Shown in pieces: positions 13,330 to 23,962 of a stretch of 64,000 bases of DNA; within the stretch, counting starts at the first letter, position 1; each line of letters begins with the position of its first letter. Under the pieces are notes generated by a model. The model searched no databases. It saw only the letters and a program-made list of their open reading frames with translations, and was not told the origin of the DNA. The translations under genes were made by a program, and so were the position numbers. Source of the stretch: Macrostomum lignano (Eukaryota); NCBI GenBank assembly GCA_002269645.1, contig NIVC01000708.1, positions 248,001 to 312,000 of the forward strand, given 5' to 3'.

Positions 13330-13859
13330 TGCTGCGACTGTCTAAATATCTGTCTTTTATACAATACTTAGCCGTTTAATTGGCAATGCAATTAGCTTAT
13401 TCAACCGCGTTACATGTGCATGAACTGCTAACTCTAATTATGAGTGCCACGATTCATGAATTTACAGTACAATTGTTAATTTTATTGCAAAATTGATTTT
13501 ACCTGCGCTAAGCTCAGCATTCCAATGTATGATCTATTGTTTATTGTTTTACCAAAACCGCCTGCCAGCGGACAATTTCAAGTTGCCCCTCAGTTACCGA
13601 ACGGAACATACCATTTTGATACGACGGCACTTTTATATCGCCTATTTACAGTGTACATATTGTGCCTCTTTGTATTGCACACCTGTAAATGCAGCTTGTT
13701 GATACATTCCCCTCAATCAGAGAATCGCTTCGATCTGTGCGTATTATTTATTGATAAATATACTAATTGTACTACTGATCAGCGTGCCGTGCGGACATTG
13801 TCTATATTTGCGTGCGCATCGGAAACTGACCATGAATTTTCTTCTGAAACTTGTTCTAC

Positions 13860-13861
13860 TC

Positions 13862-13948
<87 letters not shown>

Positions 13949-14003
13949 TTCTGTCTGTCTGTCTGTGTCTGTCTGTCTGTCTCTGTGTCTGTCTGCCTGT
14001 CTG

Positions 14004-14034
<31 letters not shown>

Positions 14035-14062
14035 GCCTGTCTGTCTGTCTGTCTATCTGTCT
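13860..14062. repeat. (CTGT)n microsatellite
   Basis: Directly visible. Confidence 0.97.
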
Positions 14063-15032
14063 GCCAGTCCGAGCACAGGAGTGAGCAGGCGGTGCCCCAA
14101 GCAGTTTGCCAGTCACGCTCGCAGCCTCGGTGCCGCAGTGCAGCGGGAATCAGAGGCTCGGCCTGCATTCTGAAGAGCCGGCGGGCCGTGCAATCAAAGG
14201 GCTGCCTGATTAGGCAGGAAACTCGCAAGGAGAGAGAGCAGGGAAGCGTGCGAAAGGCTGGTTTTGAATTCTGTATGTGAGCTCCGGCGGGTGGTGCAGG
14301 GGATGAGAATGAAACTCAAAGCTCGGTGCCGCTGTTTATCTGAGCACTATGGAGAGAGAGAGAGGGGGGCTGCTGGATGCTGAGCACAGTTGGGAATTTA
14401 GATAGAGAGGCCAGTGGCAGCCGGTAGGGGGAGCGGCATGAGGGCATCGGATTTCCAATTGTTGAGCCCGAGCTGCCCGCCAGCAAAGTGCAGTCCCGGC
14501 GGTTTGTTGACCCAACCCGCCTCAGTCCCGGCGCACTGCTTATTCCGTGCTGGCCGGTCTCGGTGCCCACCGCTTATCCCCTTCAAGGCCGAAATAAGAG
14601 ATCCCTATTGAAAGAAAAGTGCTCCGAGCTCTTCCGCATCCCAGGGATTTGGGATCTCCCGAGCTGCCATGGCTCTTTTATAAGGATCGGAAATGTAGGG
14701 GAAAGGATAGAATGGGACTTCAGAGCTGCTAATGCATGCAAGTTGTGTGCAGCCTGCCTTCGTTCCGTGTCCAGTCAGGCAACTTGCTGCCCGATTTTCA
14801 ACTGGGGTTTTTGAGAGCCGGACAGTTGGGAATTGCAAGGGGAATATTGATGTGGCGAGCGGGCTGCTCCTTTGGGCTGTGCGGAGAGAGAATTTTTTTA
14901 TTGCGACTGCATCGGCCGCTTGTGGGGGTGATGCGGCCTGAGCTGGCTGAGCTGGGTTGGGGTTGGGGTTTGTGCTGGCATTGGCGATGGGTTCGGGGTG
15001 GGTTTCAGATTGGTTTAAGGATGCATGGGTTC

Positions 15033-15042
15033 ACAGACAGGC

Positions 15043-15083
<41 letters not shown>

Positions 15084-15285
15084 GGCAGACAGACGGACAG
15101 ACAGACAGACAGGCAGGCAGACAGGCAGACAGGCAAGCAGACAGGCAGACAGACAGGCAGGCAGACAGTCAGCAGGCAGGCAGGCAGGCAGACAGGCAGA
15201 CAGTCAGCAGACAGGCAGACAGTCAGCAGACAGGCAGACAGACAGGCAGGCAGACAGTCAGCAGACAGGCAGGCAGGCAGGCAGG
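15033..15285. repeat. (ACAG)n/(GCAG)n compound microsatellite
   Basis: Directly visible; opposite orientation to the 13860 tract. Confidence 0.97.
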
Positions 15286-16175
15286 TCCTTAGCTGCAGTC
15301 ATGACCCGCAGCGCTGAGCATCTGTAGCGAGAGCTCCCCAAAGCGCCCCCCTGCTCCTGGCAGGCCCGCATTGAAGTATCGACTTGGACAGCCCCCCGCT
15401 GCTGAGTCCCAGCCGCTGGAGAGGGGAAGAGACGGGCGGATTGGGGAAAGATAAATCTTCTTTTGATAGACAGAAAAGAGAGGGAGGACAGAAGGCTGCA
15501 AGGAGAGGAGAGGGGAGACCTTGGAGCATCGCAGTGCGCCCCCGAGGCTGGGGGCATTCTGGGCCAGCCCAGGCTAGCGAGTTCGATATTTGGAGCGGGG
15601 AAGGCGGGCAGGCAGGGAAGGGATGAGGCGCTGGCACCCACTTGGAGCCGGCTGAGTCGGCCAGCTATCTCTGCCCCCCCCCGCCGCTGTGTATCCAACA
15701 AGCCCGGCAACTGGCCTGGCCTCCCTCTTTTTTTCTCCCAACATCTTGCCGGCCAGCCCCCTCTGTAGCTGGGTTTCCCTCCTGGACAGCAGCGGACAGC
15801 CTGGAGACCTCCCTGGCGACAGCGGCTCGGGCTGCAGGGGAGACAACCATGAAGAAATGGATGGACAAAAAAGCAGAGCACAGCAAAGCTCGAGATTGAG
15901 ATGAAAGAGCGAGGCGCGGGGCGGAGCGAGAGGGGGGCGCAGCGGCAAAAGTGCAGCGACAGCAGGGGGGGGGGCAGAAATGGGAAGGTCGAGTTTCTGT
16001 CTCTGCGAACAGGGAGGCCCGGAGCAAGGAGCGCTTGAGCTGGGATCTGGAGCAGCACCAACTCTCGCGCAGACGTGATGGAGCCGTGGCAGCCAATTGT
16101 TCATCCTGACTTCCATTTCGTTGAGCAGCAGGTTTTCATCGATTTTTGTCTTCGTTGGGGCGACCTTCTCTTGAT

Positions 16176-16508
16176 TCAGGGGGTCAATACCTAACGGGGA
16201 GCGGACTCAGGGGTCAAGACCCAAAGGGAGGCGGATTCCGGGGGTCAAGACCCAAAGGGAGGCGGATTCCGGGGGTCAAGACCCAAAGGGAGGCGGATTC
16301 AGGGAGACAAGACCCAAATGAGGGCGGATTCAGGGGGTCAAGACCCAAATGAGGGCGGATTCAGGGGGTCAAGACCCAAATGAGGGCGGATTCAGGGGGT
16401 CAAGACCCAAATGAGGGCGGATTCAGGGGGTCAAGACCCAAATGAGGGCGGATTCAGGGGGTCAAGACCCAAAGAGGGGCCTCCTTGCCCCTCCTGGTTG
16501 CGCCTCTG
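16176..16508. repeat. ~29-31-bp minisatellite (GGGGTCAAGACCCAAATGAGGGCGGATTCA)n, probably amplified from a MITE end
   Basis: About 10 units, each with a GGGTC-AA-GACCC micro-hairpin; followed by TTGCGCCTCTG, which resembles an inverted terminus. Confidence 0.8.
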
Positions 16509-16941
16509 ATGTCAATGCCAGAAGGGCAGTCGGTGCCTGAGCAGTCATGGAGCTCTGAGCAGTTTCACGTGAGCTAAGAAGCTAAGAATAAGAATAATAA
16601 GATTCTGGGGAGAGCTGGGGCACCCCAGGTTCTGGCTGAAGGCCTCCATGGCTAGGGGGGGAGGCCGGGCCACACAGAAATGTGGGGAGGGGGAGAGCAA
16701 GGAAAGCGGGGGCTGGGATGGAACGGGGCGAGTCGCATTGCCGGGTGGGGGCGGGCCGCTCGCACCCGTGCCTGCCAGCCAATATAGCGAGCGGCCCAGC
16801 TCGGGCCGAGAGCCCCGGGACGGAGCGCGCCGTTACAGCTGTTTCTCGTCAGATCCGTGACCTGAGCTGACCACGCTGACCTCGCTCGTAAGCGAGCTGG
16901 GCACCGAGAAACTGCCGCGCCACCAGCTTTCAGCGGCCGCT

Positions 16942-19900
16942 TTGGCCGTCGCAGTCACCGTCGTCGCGACGGTCACCGGCGCCAGCGCGCTGGAGTCGTC
17001 AGCCGCAGCTGAAGGGACGCCGCTGGCCAACGACTCGGCAGCTGCTGCGGCGGCGGCCGACCTGCCGAATGGTCGCGACTGCGTCAGAGAGCGCAAGTGG
17101 TACATCTTCCTGGCCAGCAGCGGCATTGTGCTGTTCGGAGGCGTCACGTTCGTGATGCTCTACCGCCTGCTGGGCTGTCTGGCCGACCGCCTCGCCGGGC
17201 CCGCCAAGGACGCCGCCGACGAAGACGAGGACGAGGCCGCCGGGGAGGAGGCAGGCAAGTCGGGCGCGGCCGCGGGCGGCGGCCTGGCCAAGGACGACGA
17301 CGAAGACGCGGACGGGGAAGCTGCGGCGGAGGCGGCGGTCGCGGCAGCCTCGGAGGCTGTGGAGATCGGCTGGCTGACGGAGGCGAAGGACTGGGCGGGC
17401 GAGCTGATCTCCGGCCAGACCACCACGGGCCGCATCCTGGTGGTGCTGGTCTTCGTGGTGAGCATCGCCTCCCTGGTGGTCTACATCATCGACACCGGCC
17501 GGATGTCGGAGACCGAGGAGTGCGTCCGCTGGGTGGACAGCCTGTCGCAGCAGGTGGACCTGGCGTTCAACGTCATCTTCCTGATCTACTTCTTCATCCG
17601 GTTCATCGCTGCGCAGGACAAGCTGTGGTTCTGGTTCGAGATGTTCTCGCTGGTGGACATCCTCACCATACCACCGTCCTTCGTGGCCATCTACCTGAAC
17701 CGCACCTGGATCGGGATGCGCTCCACCCGCGCTCTGCGAATCCTCAGCCTGCCAGACGTGCTGCAGTACCTGAACGTGCTCAAGACCAGCACGAGCATCC
17801 GGCTGTTCCAGCTCATCACCTTCTTCGCCTCGCTGGTGCTCACCGCGGCCGGCTTCGTGCACCTGATTGAGAACTCGGGCGACCCGCCCTACTTTGACAA
17901 CCGAAACCGCAGCTTCAACATGTCCTACCCGACCTGCATTTACTTCGTCATCGTCACCATGTCGACGGTGGGATACGGCGACGTCTACTGCACCACCACC
18001 ACGGGCCGCATCTTGTCCGCCCTGGTGATCATGGGCGGCCTGGCCGTGTTCGCTAACTCCATCCCGGAGATTGCCGACATCCTCAGCTCGCGCAACAAGT
18101 ACGGCGGCTACTTCCGCAAGGAGGCCGGCAAGCAGCACATTGTGCTGTGCGGCCACATCACCTACGAGTCCGTGGCCAACTTCCTCGGCGACTTCCTGCA
18201 CGAGGACCGCGAAGACGTTGACGTCCAGATTGTGATTCTGGACAAGCACGTGCCCGACCTGGAGCTGCAGGGCCTGTTCAAGCGCCACTTCACCCAGGTG
18301 GAGTTCTTCCAGGGCTCCGTGATGAACTCCAAGGACCTGTGCCGCGTGGGCCTGGAGACGGCGGACGCCTGCCTGGTGCTGGCCAACAAGTACTGCCCCG
18401 ACCCGGATGCTGAGGACGCGGCCAACATCATGCGCGTGATCTCGATCAAGAACTTCTGCGACCGGATCAAGGTGATCATCCAGCTGATGCAGTACCACAA
18501 CAAGACCTACCTGCTGAACATCCCCAGCTGGGACTGGAAGCAGGGCGACGATGCCGTCTGCGTCGCCGAGCTGAAGCTGGGCTTCCTGGCGCAGAGCTGC
18601 CTGGCGTTCGGCTTCTCCACCCTGCTGGCCAACCTGTTCACCATGCGCAGCTACAAGGACGACAAGGCCATGCCGAAGTGGCTCAACAACTACCTGGAGG
18701 GCGCCGGCATGGAGATGTACACCGAGTACCTGTCACCGGCGTTCGACGGGCTGACCTTCCCGATGGCCGCTGAGCTGTGCTTCACCAAGCTGCGGCTGCT
18801 GCTGATCGCCGTCGAGGCCAAGAACGACCAGGGCACGGAGAGCTGCATCGCCATCAACCCCAAGGAGAACATCCACATCGAGCAGGGCACGCAGGGCTTC
18901 TTCATCGCGCAGTCAGCTGAGGAGGTCAAGAAGGCGTTCTTTTACTGCAAGCGCTGCCACAGCGACGTGGACGAACCCAGGATGATCAAGAAGTGCCGCT
19001 GCAAGGCCTCCAACAAGCTGCCACCGAAGCAGCAGCAGCAAAGCACAAAGAGCAAGCAGCCGCAGCCGCAGCCGCAGCAGAACTCGCTGACACCCAATCA
19101 AGGTGCCGTCCCAGCTGGTGCCAGCGGCAGCATCGCCTCGCTGCAGAAGCTGCACGAGCAGCAGAAGCTGGAAAGGAAATTCGACTCGACCGGCATGTTC
19201 CACTGGTGCCCGGATGTCAACTTCGACGACGGAATTCTGGACCGCGAGCAGGTGTCCACCACGGTGTACACCAACCACATCGTGGTCTGCTTGTTCGCTG
19301 ACGCGTCCAGCCCGCTGATCGGCCTGCGCAACTTCGTCATGCCGCTGCGGGCGAGCAACTTCCACTTCCACGAACTCAAGCACATCATCTTCGTGGGCAA
19401 CCTGGACTACATGCGGCGGGAGTGGAAGACGCTGATGAACTTCCCGAAGCTCAGCATCTTCCCGGGCTCGCCGCTCAACCGATCCAACCTGAGGGCGGTG
19501 AACATCAACCTGGCCGAGATCTGCATCGTGCTCAGCTCGAAGCAGAACTCAAACATGGACGACCCGACCCTGGTGGACAAGGAGGCCATCCTGTGCTCGC
19601 TGAACATCAAGGCGATGAAGTTCGACGCCAACCACGCGGTTGGCGGTCCGGAACCGCCCGTCGCCGCGTCCTCGTCCGGCGCAGTTTCCGGCTTCGACGC
19701 GCTGTCCGTGCGCATCCTCACCGAGCTGGCCGTGGACGACAACGTGCAGTTCCTCGACCAGGACGACGATGACGACCCTGACATCGAGCTGTACATGACG
19801 CAGCCGTTCGCCTGCGGCACAGCCTTTGCTGTCAGCGTGCTCGACTCGCTCATGAGCACCGCCTACTTCAACGAGAACGCGCTGACACTCATCCGGACCC

Positions 19901-20424
19901 TCATCACGGGCGGGGCGACCCCGGAGCTGGAGCAGATCCTGGCCGAGGGCGCCGGCATCCGCGGCGGCTTTGGCACGCCGGAGTGTCTCGCCAACCGGGA
20001 CCGGGCCCGCGTGGCGCAGATCCCCATCGAGGACGAGCGGCTGAGGGAGTTCGGCGGCGCCGCCTACTCGGAGCTGTTCCTCGGGGCGCTGCACAAGCAC
20101 GGCATCCTGTGCATCGGGCTCTACAGGTTCATCACGCCGCCCGAGGATGGCCGGCAGGCTCTCAAGAAGCGCTACGTCATCACCAACCCGCCTGACAAGT
20201 TCCTTGTGCTGCCCTCCGACATGGCGGTCTGCCTGCAGCGGTTCAATGGGGTGCAGCCGCAGCAACAGCACAGGCATCAAGAGCAGCGACACCAGGCTGC
20301 TCGAGCGGCAACGACTCTAGGCGGCCCGCATCATCACCACCTCCAGCAGCTCCAGCAGCAGCAACAGCAGCAGCCGCCACAAAAGCAGCAGCCGCAGCCA
20401 CTGTATCATCACCGACCAGCGTGA
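16942..20424 (+). CDS. slo: Large-conductance Ca2+-activated K+ channel alpha subunit (Slo1/BK), single uninterrupted ORF; true start unresolved
   Basis: S0 ([14 protein letters not shown]), [21 protein letters not shown]1-S6, filter TVGYGD, RCK1 ([25 protein letters not shown]), CKRCH heme motif, RCK2, Ca bowl [28 protein letters not shown]; stop TGA at 20422-20424. 16942 is a TTG chosen by the ORF finder; the frame is open from 16861. Confidence 0.97.
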   Translation: MAVAVTVVATVTGASALESSAAAEGTPLANDSAAAAAAADLPNGRDCVRERKWYIFLASSGIVLFGGVTFVMLYRLLGCLADRLAGPAKDAADEDEDEAAGEEAGKSGAAAGGGLAKDDDEDADGEAAAEAAVAAASEAVEIGWLTEAKDWAGELISGQTTTGRILVVLVFVVSIASLVVYIIDTGRMSETEECVRWVDSLSQQVDLAFNVIFLIYFFIRFIAAQDKLWFWFEMFSLVDILTIPPSFVAIYLNRTWIGMRSTRALRILSLPDVLQYLNVLKTSTSIRLFQLITFFASLVLTAAGFVHLIENSGDPPYFDNRNRSFNMSYPTCIYFVIVTMSTVGYGDVYCTTTTGRILSALVIMGGLAVFANSIPEIADILSSRNKYGGYFRKEAGKQHIVLCGHITYESVANFLGDFLHEDREDVDVQIVILDKHVPDLELQGLFKRHFTQVEFFQGSVMNSKDLCRVGLETADACLVLANKYCPDPDAEDAANIMRVISIKNFCDRIKVIIQLMQYHNKTYLLNIPSWDWKQGDDAVCVAELKLGFLAQSCLAFGFSTLLANLFTMRSYKDDKAMPKWLNNYLEGAGMEMYTEYLSPAFDGLTFPMAAELCFTKLRLLLIAVEAKNDQGTESCIAINPKENIHIEQGTQGFFIAQSAEEVKKAFFYCKRCHSDVDEPRMIKKCRCKASNKLPPKQQQQSTKSKQPQPQPQQNSLTPNQGAVPAGASGSIASLQKLHEQQKLERKFDSTGMFHWCPDVNFDDGILDREQVSTTVYTNHIVVCLFADASSPLIGLRNFVMPLRASNFHFHELKHIIFVGNLDYMRREWKTLMNFPKLSIFPGSPLNRSNLRAVNINLAEICIVLSSKQNSNMDDPTLVDKEAILCSLNIKAMKFDANHAVGGPEPPVAASSSGAVSGFDALSVRILTELAVDDNVQFLDQDDDDDPDIELYMTQPFACGTAFAVSVLDSLMSTAYFNENALTLIRTLITGGATPELEQILAEGAGIRGGFGTPECLANRDRARVAQIPIEDERLREFGGAAYSELFLGALHKHGILCIGLYRFITPPEDGRQALKKRYVITNPPDKFLVLPSDMAVCLQRFNGVQPQQQHRHQEQRHQAARAATTLGGPHHHHLQQLQQQQQQQPPQKQQPQPLYHHRPA

Positions 20425-21360
20425 AACGACTGTTGAAACAAGTTTCTATACCTAAGCCACTTTAACGACTGCTGAATGTTTTGAGTTCTCGGGCAATATA
20501 ATCCAAAGCGAAGTCTTAGAAAGTTGTTATTATTAATCAGGGCAGACTTACCTAGCCCCCCTGCCTTGTCCCCCTTGTAAGTCATCAGCTACACAGTTCA
20601 GCCTCTCCGTAGCCCTGCGGTGTAATATTATTTGGGACGGGCTGGGCGATGCAGAGCTCAGGAAGGTTCTCCTGCTCCCCGCTTCTGCCCCCCCCCTCTC
20701 TTTCAACTCACTCCAGCTTGTTTCCCAGGCTCAGTTCTGGGAGCAGAGCAGAGCAGCGCACTGCCGCCTAATGGCGCAGGGAGCCTCCCGAGCTCTCGGA
20801 GCAGCACGCAGCTCGCTCGCTTCCGTCCGCGCCCGAAATCTCGACCCCCGGCCGGACGGGGGCTTCGGAATTCTCTCTCCCCCAATACCCAATTATCCCG
20901 CTAATGCGCCCGCCAGCCCCCCCCCCCATACGAGCTCGCAAGTCGCGGCCCGAGGATTAGGGAGATTCTAGTCTAGTCAAGGGATCATAAAACAGCTGCA
21001 GACGGCTGCACATCGCTCCTGTACGTGTTCGCACGCCAGCGCTCTTACAGACGCCCCATCACTGTTAGAACTGACTTCTGCTTACCACTGCGAATTGTTT
21101 TCTATCTGCGCAGCCCTCCATACTGGTAGAGTAATAAATCACTTTAGCTAATCGTTGAATGCCACACATTCGCTAAGCCGTACAGTACGAAGCGGTTTGA
21201 AGGCATTACGGTACCGTCTTCACTCGTCAACACGAGTCCAAGAGTGCAAAATTCCGCTTTTCAATAAAAGCACAACTTATGCTCATGGCTATTTTAAGCT
21301 GCAGCTCTCGCTTGCTTCTTTGATGTGTCGCTGGTGAATGAACGACAAGCTGTGTTGACT

Positions 21361-21925
21361 GGATTGGATTGCTAATCTAGCCAGCATCACTGATGAAGGA
21401 ATAGAATGGATTGCTAATCTAGCCAACATCACTGATGAAGGAATAGAATGGATTGCTAATCTAGCCAGCATCACTGATGAAGGAACAGAATGGATTGCTA
21501 ATCTAGCCAGCATCACTGATGAAGGAACAGAATGGATTGCTAATCTAGCCAACATCACTGATAAAGGAACAGAATGGATTGCTAATGAAGCCAGCATCAC
21601 AGATAAAGGAACAGAATGGATCGCTAATCTAGCCAACATCACTGATGAAGGAACAGAATTGATTGCTAATCTAGCCAACATCACTGATGAAGGAACAGAA
21701 TTGATTGCTAATCTAGCCAACATCACAGTTAAAGGAACAGAATGGATCGCTAATCTAGCCAACATCACTGATGAAGGAACAGAATTGATTGCTAATCTAG
21801 CCAACATCACAGTTAAAGGAACAGAATGGATTGCTAATGAAGCCAGCATCACAGATAAAGGAACAGAATGGATCGCTAATCTAGCCAACATCACTGATGA
21901 AGGAACAGAATGGATTGCTAATCTA
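21361..21925. repeat. 42-bp minisatellite (GAATGGATTGCTAATCTAGCCAACATCACTGATGAAGGAACA)n
   Basis: About 13 units; reverse complement of the array at 59205-59940. Confidence 0.95.
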
Positions 21926-22399
21926 CCCCCAGGGGTGAAACCAAAGGTATGGGTTTGCAGCCAACAAATTTAAAAATAGACGCTACCAAAGCAGATGCAG
22001 GGAGAGAAGGAATGGAAAAGTGAGGAGCAGGGGGCACAGAGGGGCGGACAGCCCAAGGGCAGTGTGCGCATCCAACGCATTGGAAAATTAGATTTCGTTT
22101 CCTACACTCGCAGCTCCTACGCGAGTTCGGGGCAGCCCCTCAGCTGATCTGGCACTGCGATATCCTGCCAATGCGAGTTCCCCCACTGATCCGCAAGCAT
22201 TGGCTACGGTGAACAGAAAATCCTCAAACGTCTTTTTGTTAATCCCTAAAAAATAAAATGACAAATCCTAACGATTAAGACGCAAAAATCAGTAATAAAT
22301 GCAAGGAATGTAAAAGCCGGAGCTTTGAAAATTGTGCATGACTTTTAGACTAGATATGTAAAATGCCCCTCTCCGTTCCTGCCCGGGCACCCTTCTCAC

Positions 22400-22902
22400 G
22401 ACCCTGGGGCATCAACTCTTTCCATTCCAGCCCCACATGGCACCCACCTCACGACCCTGGGGCATCAACTCTCTCCATTCCTGCCCCACACGGCACCCAC
22501 CTCACGCCCCGGGGCATCAACTCTCTCCATTCCTGCCCCACATGGCACCCACCTCACGCCCCTGGGGCATCAACTCTCTCCATTCCTGCCCCACATGGCA
22601 CCCACCTCACGCCCCTGGGGCATCAACTCTCTCCATTCCTGCCCCACATGGCACCCACCTCACGCCCCTGGGGCATCAACTCTCTCCATTCCTGCCCCAC
22701 ATGGCACCCACCTCACGCCCCTGGGGCATCAACTCTCTCCATTCCTGCCCCACATGGCACCCACCTCACGCCCCTGGGGCATCAACTCTCTCCATTCCTG
22801 CCCCACATGGCACCCACCTCATGCCCCTGGGGCATCAACTCTCTCCATTCCTGCCCCACACGGCACCCACCTCACGCCCCTGGGGCATCAACCCTCTCCA
22901 TT
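22400..22902. repeat. 53-bp minisatellite (CCCCACATGGCACCCACCTCACGCCCCTGGGGCATCAACTCTCTCCATTCCTG)n
   Basis: About 9.5 near-identical units. Confidence 0.96.
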
Positions 22903-23517
22903 ATTAAAAAAATTGGTCAGGCAACACGATTAATTTGTTGAAAGTATACTAAATAGAAACGCAAGACAGGAATTTTGTTTCTCGTCTTGCAGCATGCAGG
23001 AAGTTGGCGTTTTTATTAAAAGCAGAGAATTTTCACTTTTGCAAACACTACATTTACTAGCAGCAGAGTGGCATCGCTATTGACAAAAATATATTCAATT
23101 GAATCAAATTGAACAGATAAAGCATAGGCAGTCAGCAGCCATGACACTCTGCTCTTGTCTGTTGGCGCCATTCCAAAAAACGCTGGGGAAAATGGGAAAC
23201 GCGCGGCACAAATACATCGACTTAATTATTTCTCGAGGGTTTGAGCACGACTGCTCAAATATTTCTCACTAAGTAAGATGAGAAACAGGACGCACAGATC
23301 GAATAAATGCCATTATAATTGTGAATTAGCCAGGAACAGGCTGCTCCAATGCGAAAGATATCGGTATTGTTATTTTATAACATCACAAAACTTTCAATTA
23401 TACTACTTTCAGTAAGTCAAGCGAGTAGTACAGATGGGAAATTCTGGGTCCAGCGACTACAGAATAAATAAAAGAAATTCCAATAGTTGCTATTTCGGCA
23501 TAGGAATTTAAGAAGCA

Positions 23518-23895
23518 CCTACTCCCGGTACGGAAACCGATTTCCTGTTCGGAAAAACACCAACTACCGATTTGGAGAGCTACATCCGGTTCACTTCGAA
23601 AAGTTACTTCCGGTTCTGATAGCTACTTCCGGTTCGGAGTGCAACTTTTGGTCTGGAAAGCTACTTTCGGTTCGGAGAGCTACTTCCGGTTTGGAAAGCT
23701 ACTTTCGGTTCGGAAAGCTACTTCCGGTCTGGAGCTACTTTCGGTTCGGAAAGCTACTTCCGGTTCGGAGAGCTACTTCCGGTTTGGAAAGCTACTTTTG
23801 GTTTGGAAAGCTACTTCCGGTTTGAAGAGCTTTGAAGAACTTCCGGTTCGGCACGCTACTTCCGGTTCGAAGAACTATTTCCGGTTTGGACAGCT
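23518..23895. repeat. Degenerate ~19-bp minisatellite (GAGAGCTACTTCCGGTTCG)n downstream of GTF2H1
   Basis: Same unit as 24535-25230. Confidence 0.9.
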
Positions 23896-23962
23896 ACACC
23901 CTTTACAAATCATACAATTTTTGCGGTAACTGCGAGTCAGCAGCCAGTTTGGGTGGCAGTTG

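Noticed and set aside
14300-16140. A separate gene in the GC-rich region between the NCAM-like gene and slo
   Set aside because: Many overlapping ORFs but none with domain-like sequence or codon bias; may be slo promoter or 5'UTR exons, which cannot be resolved here.
16999-20292. Long antisense and alternative-frame ORFs overlapping slo (e.g. 499 aa at 16999-18498)
   Set aside because: Expected by-product of high GC3 codon usage; no recognisable domains.
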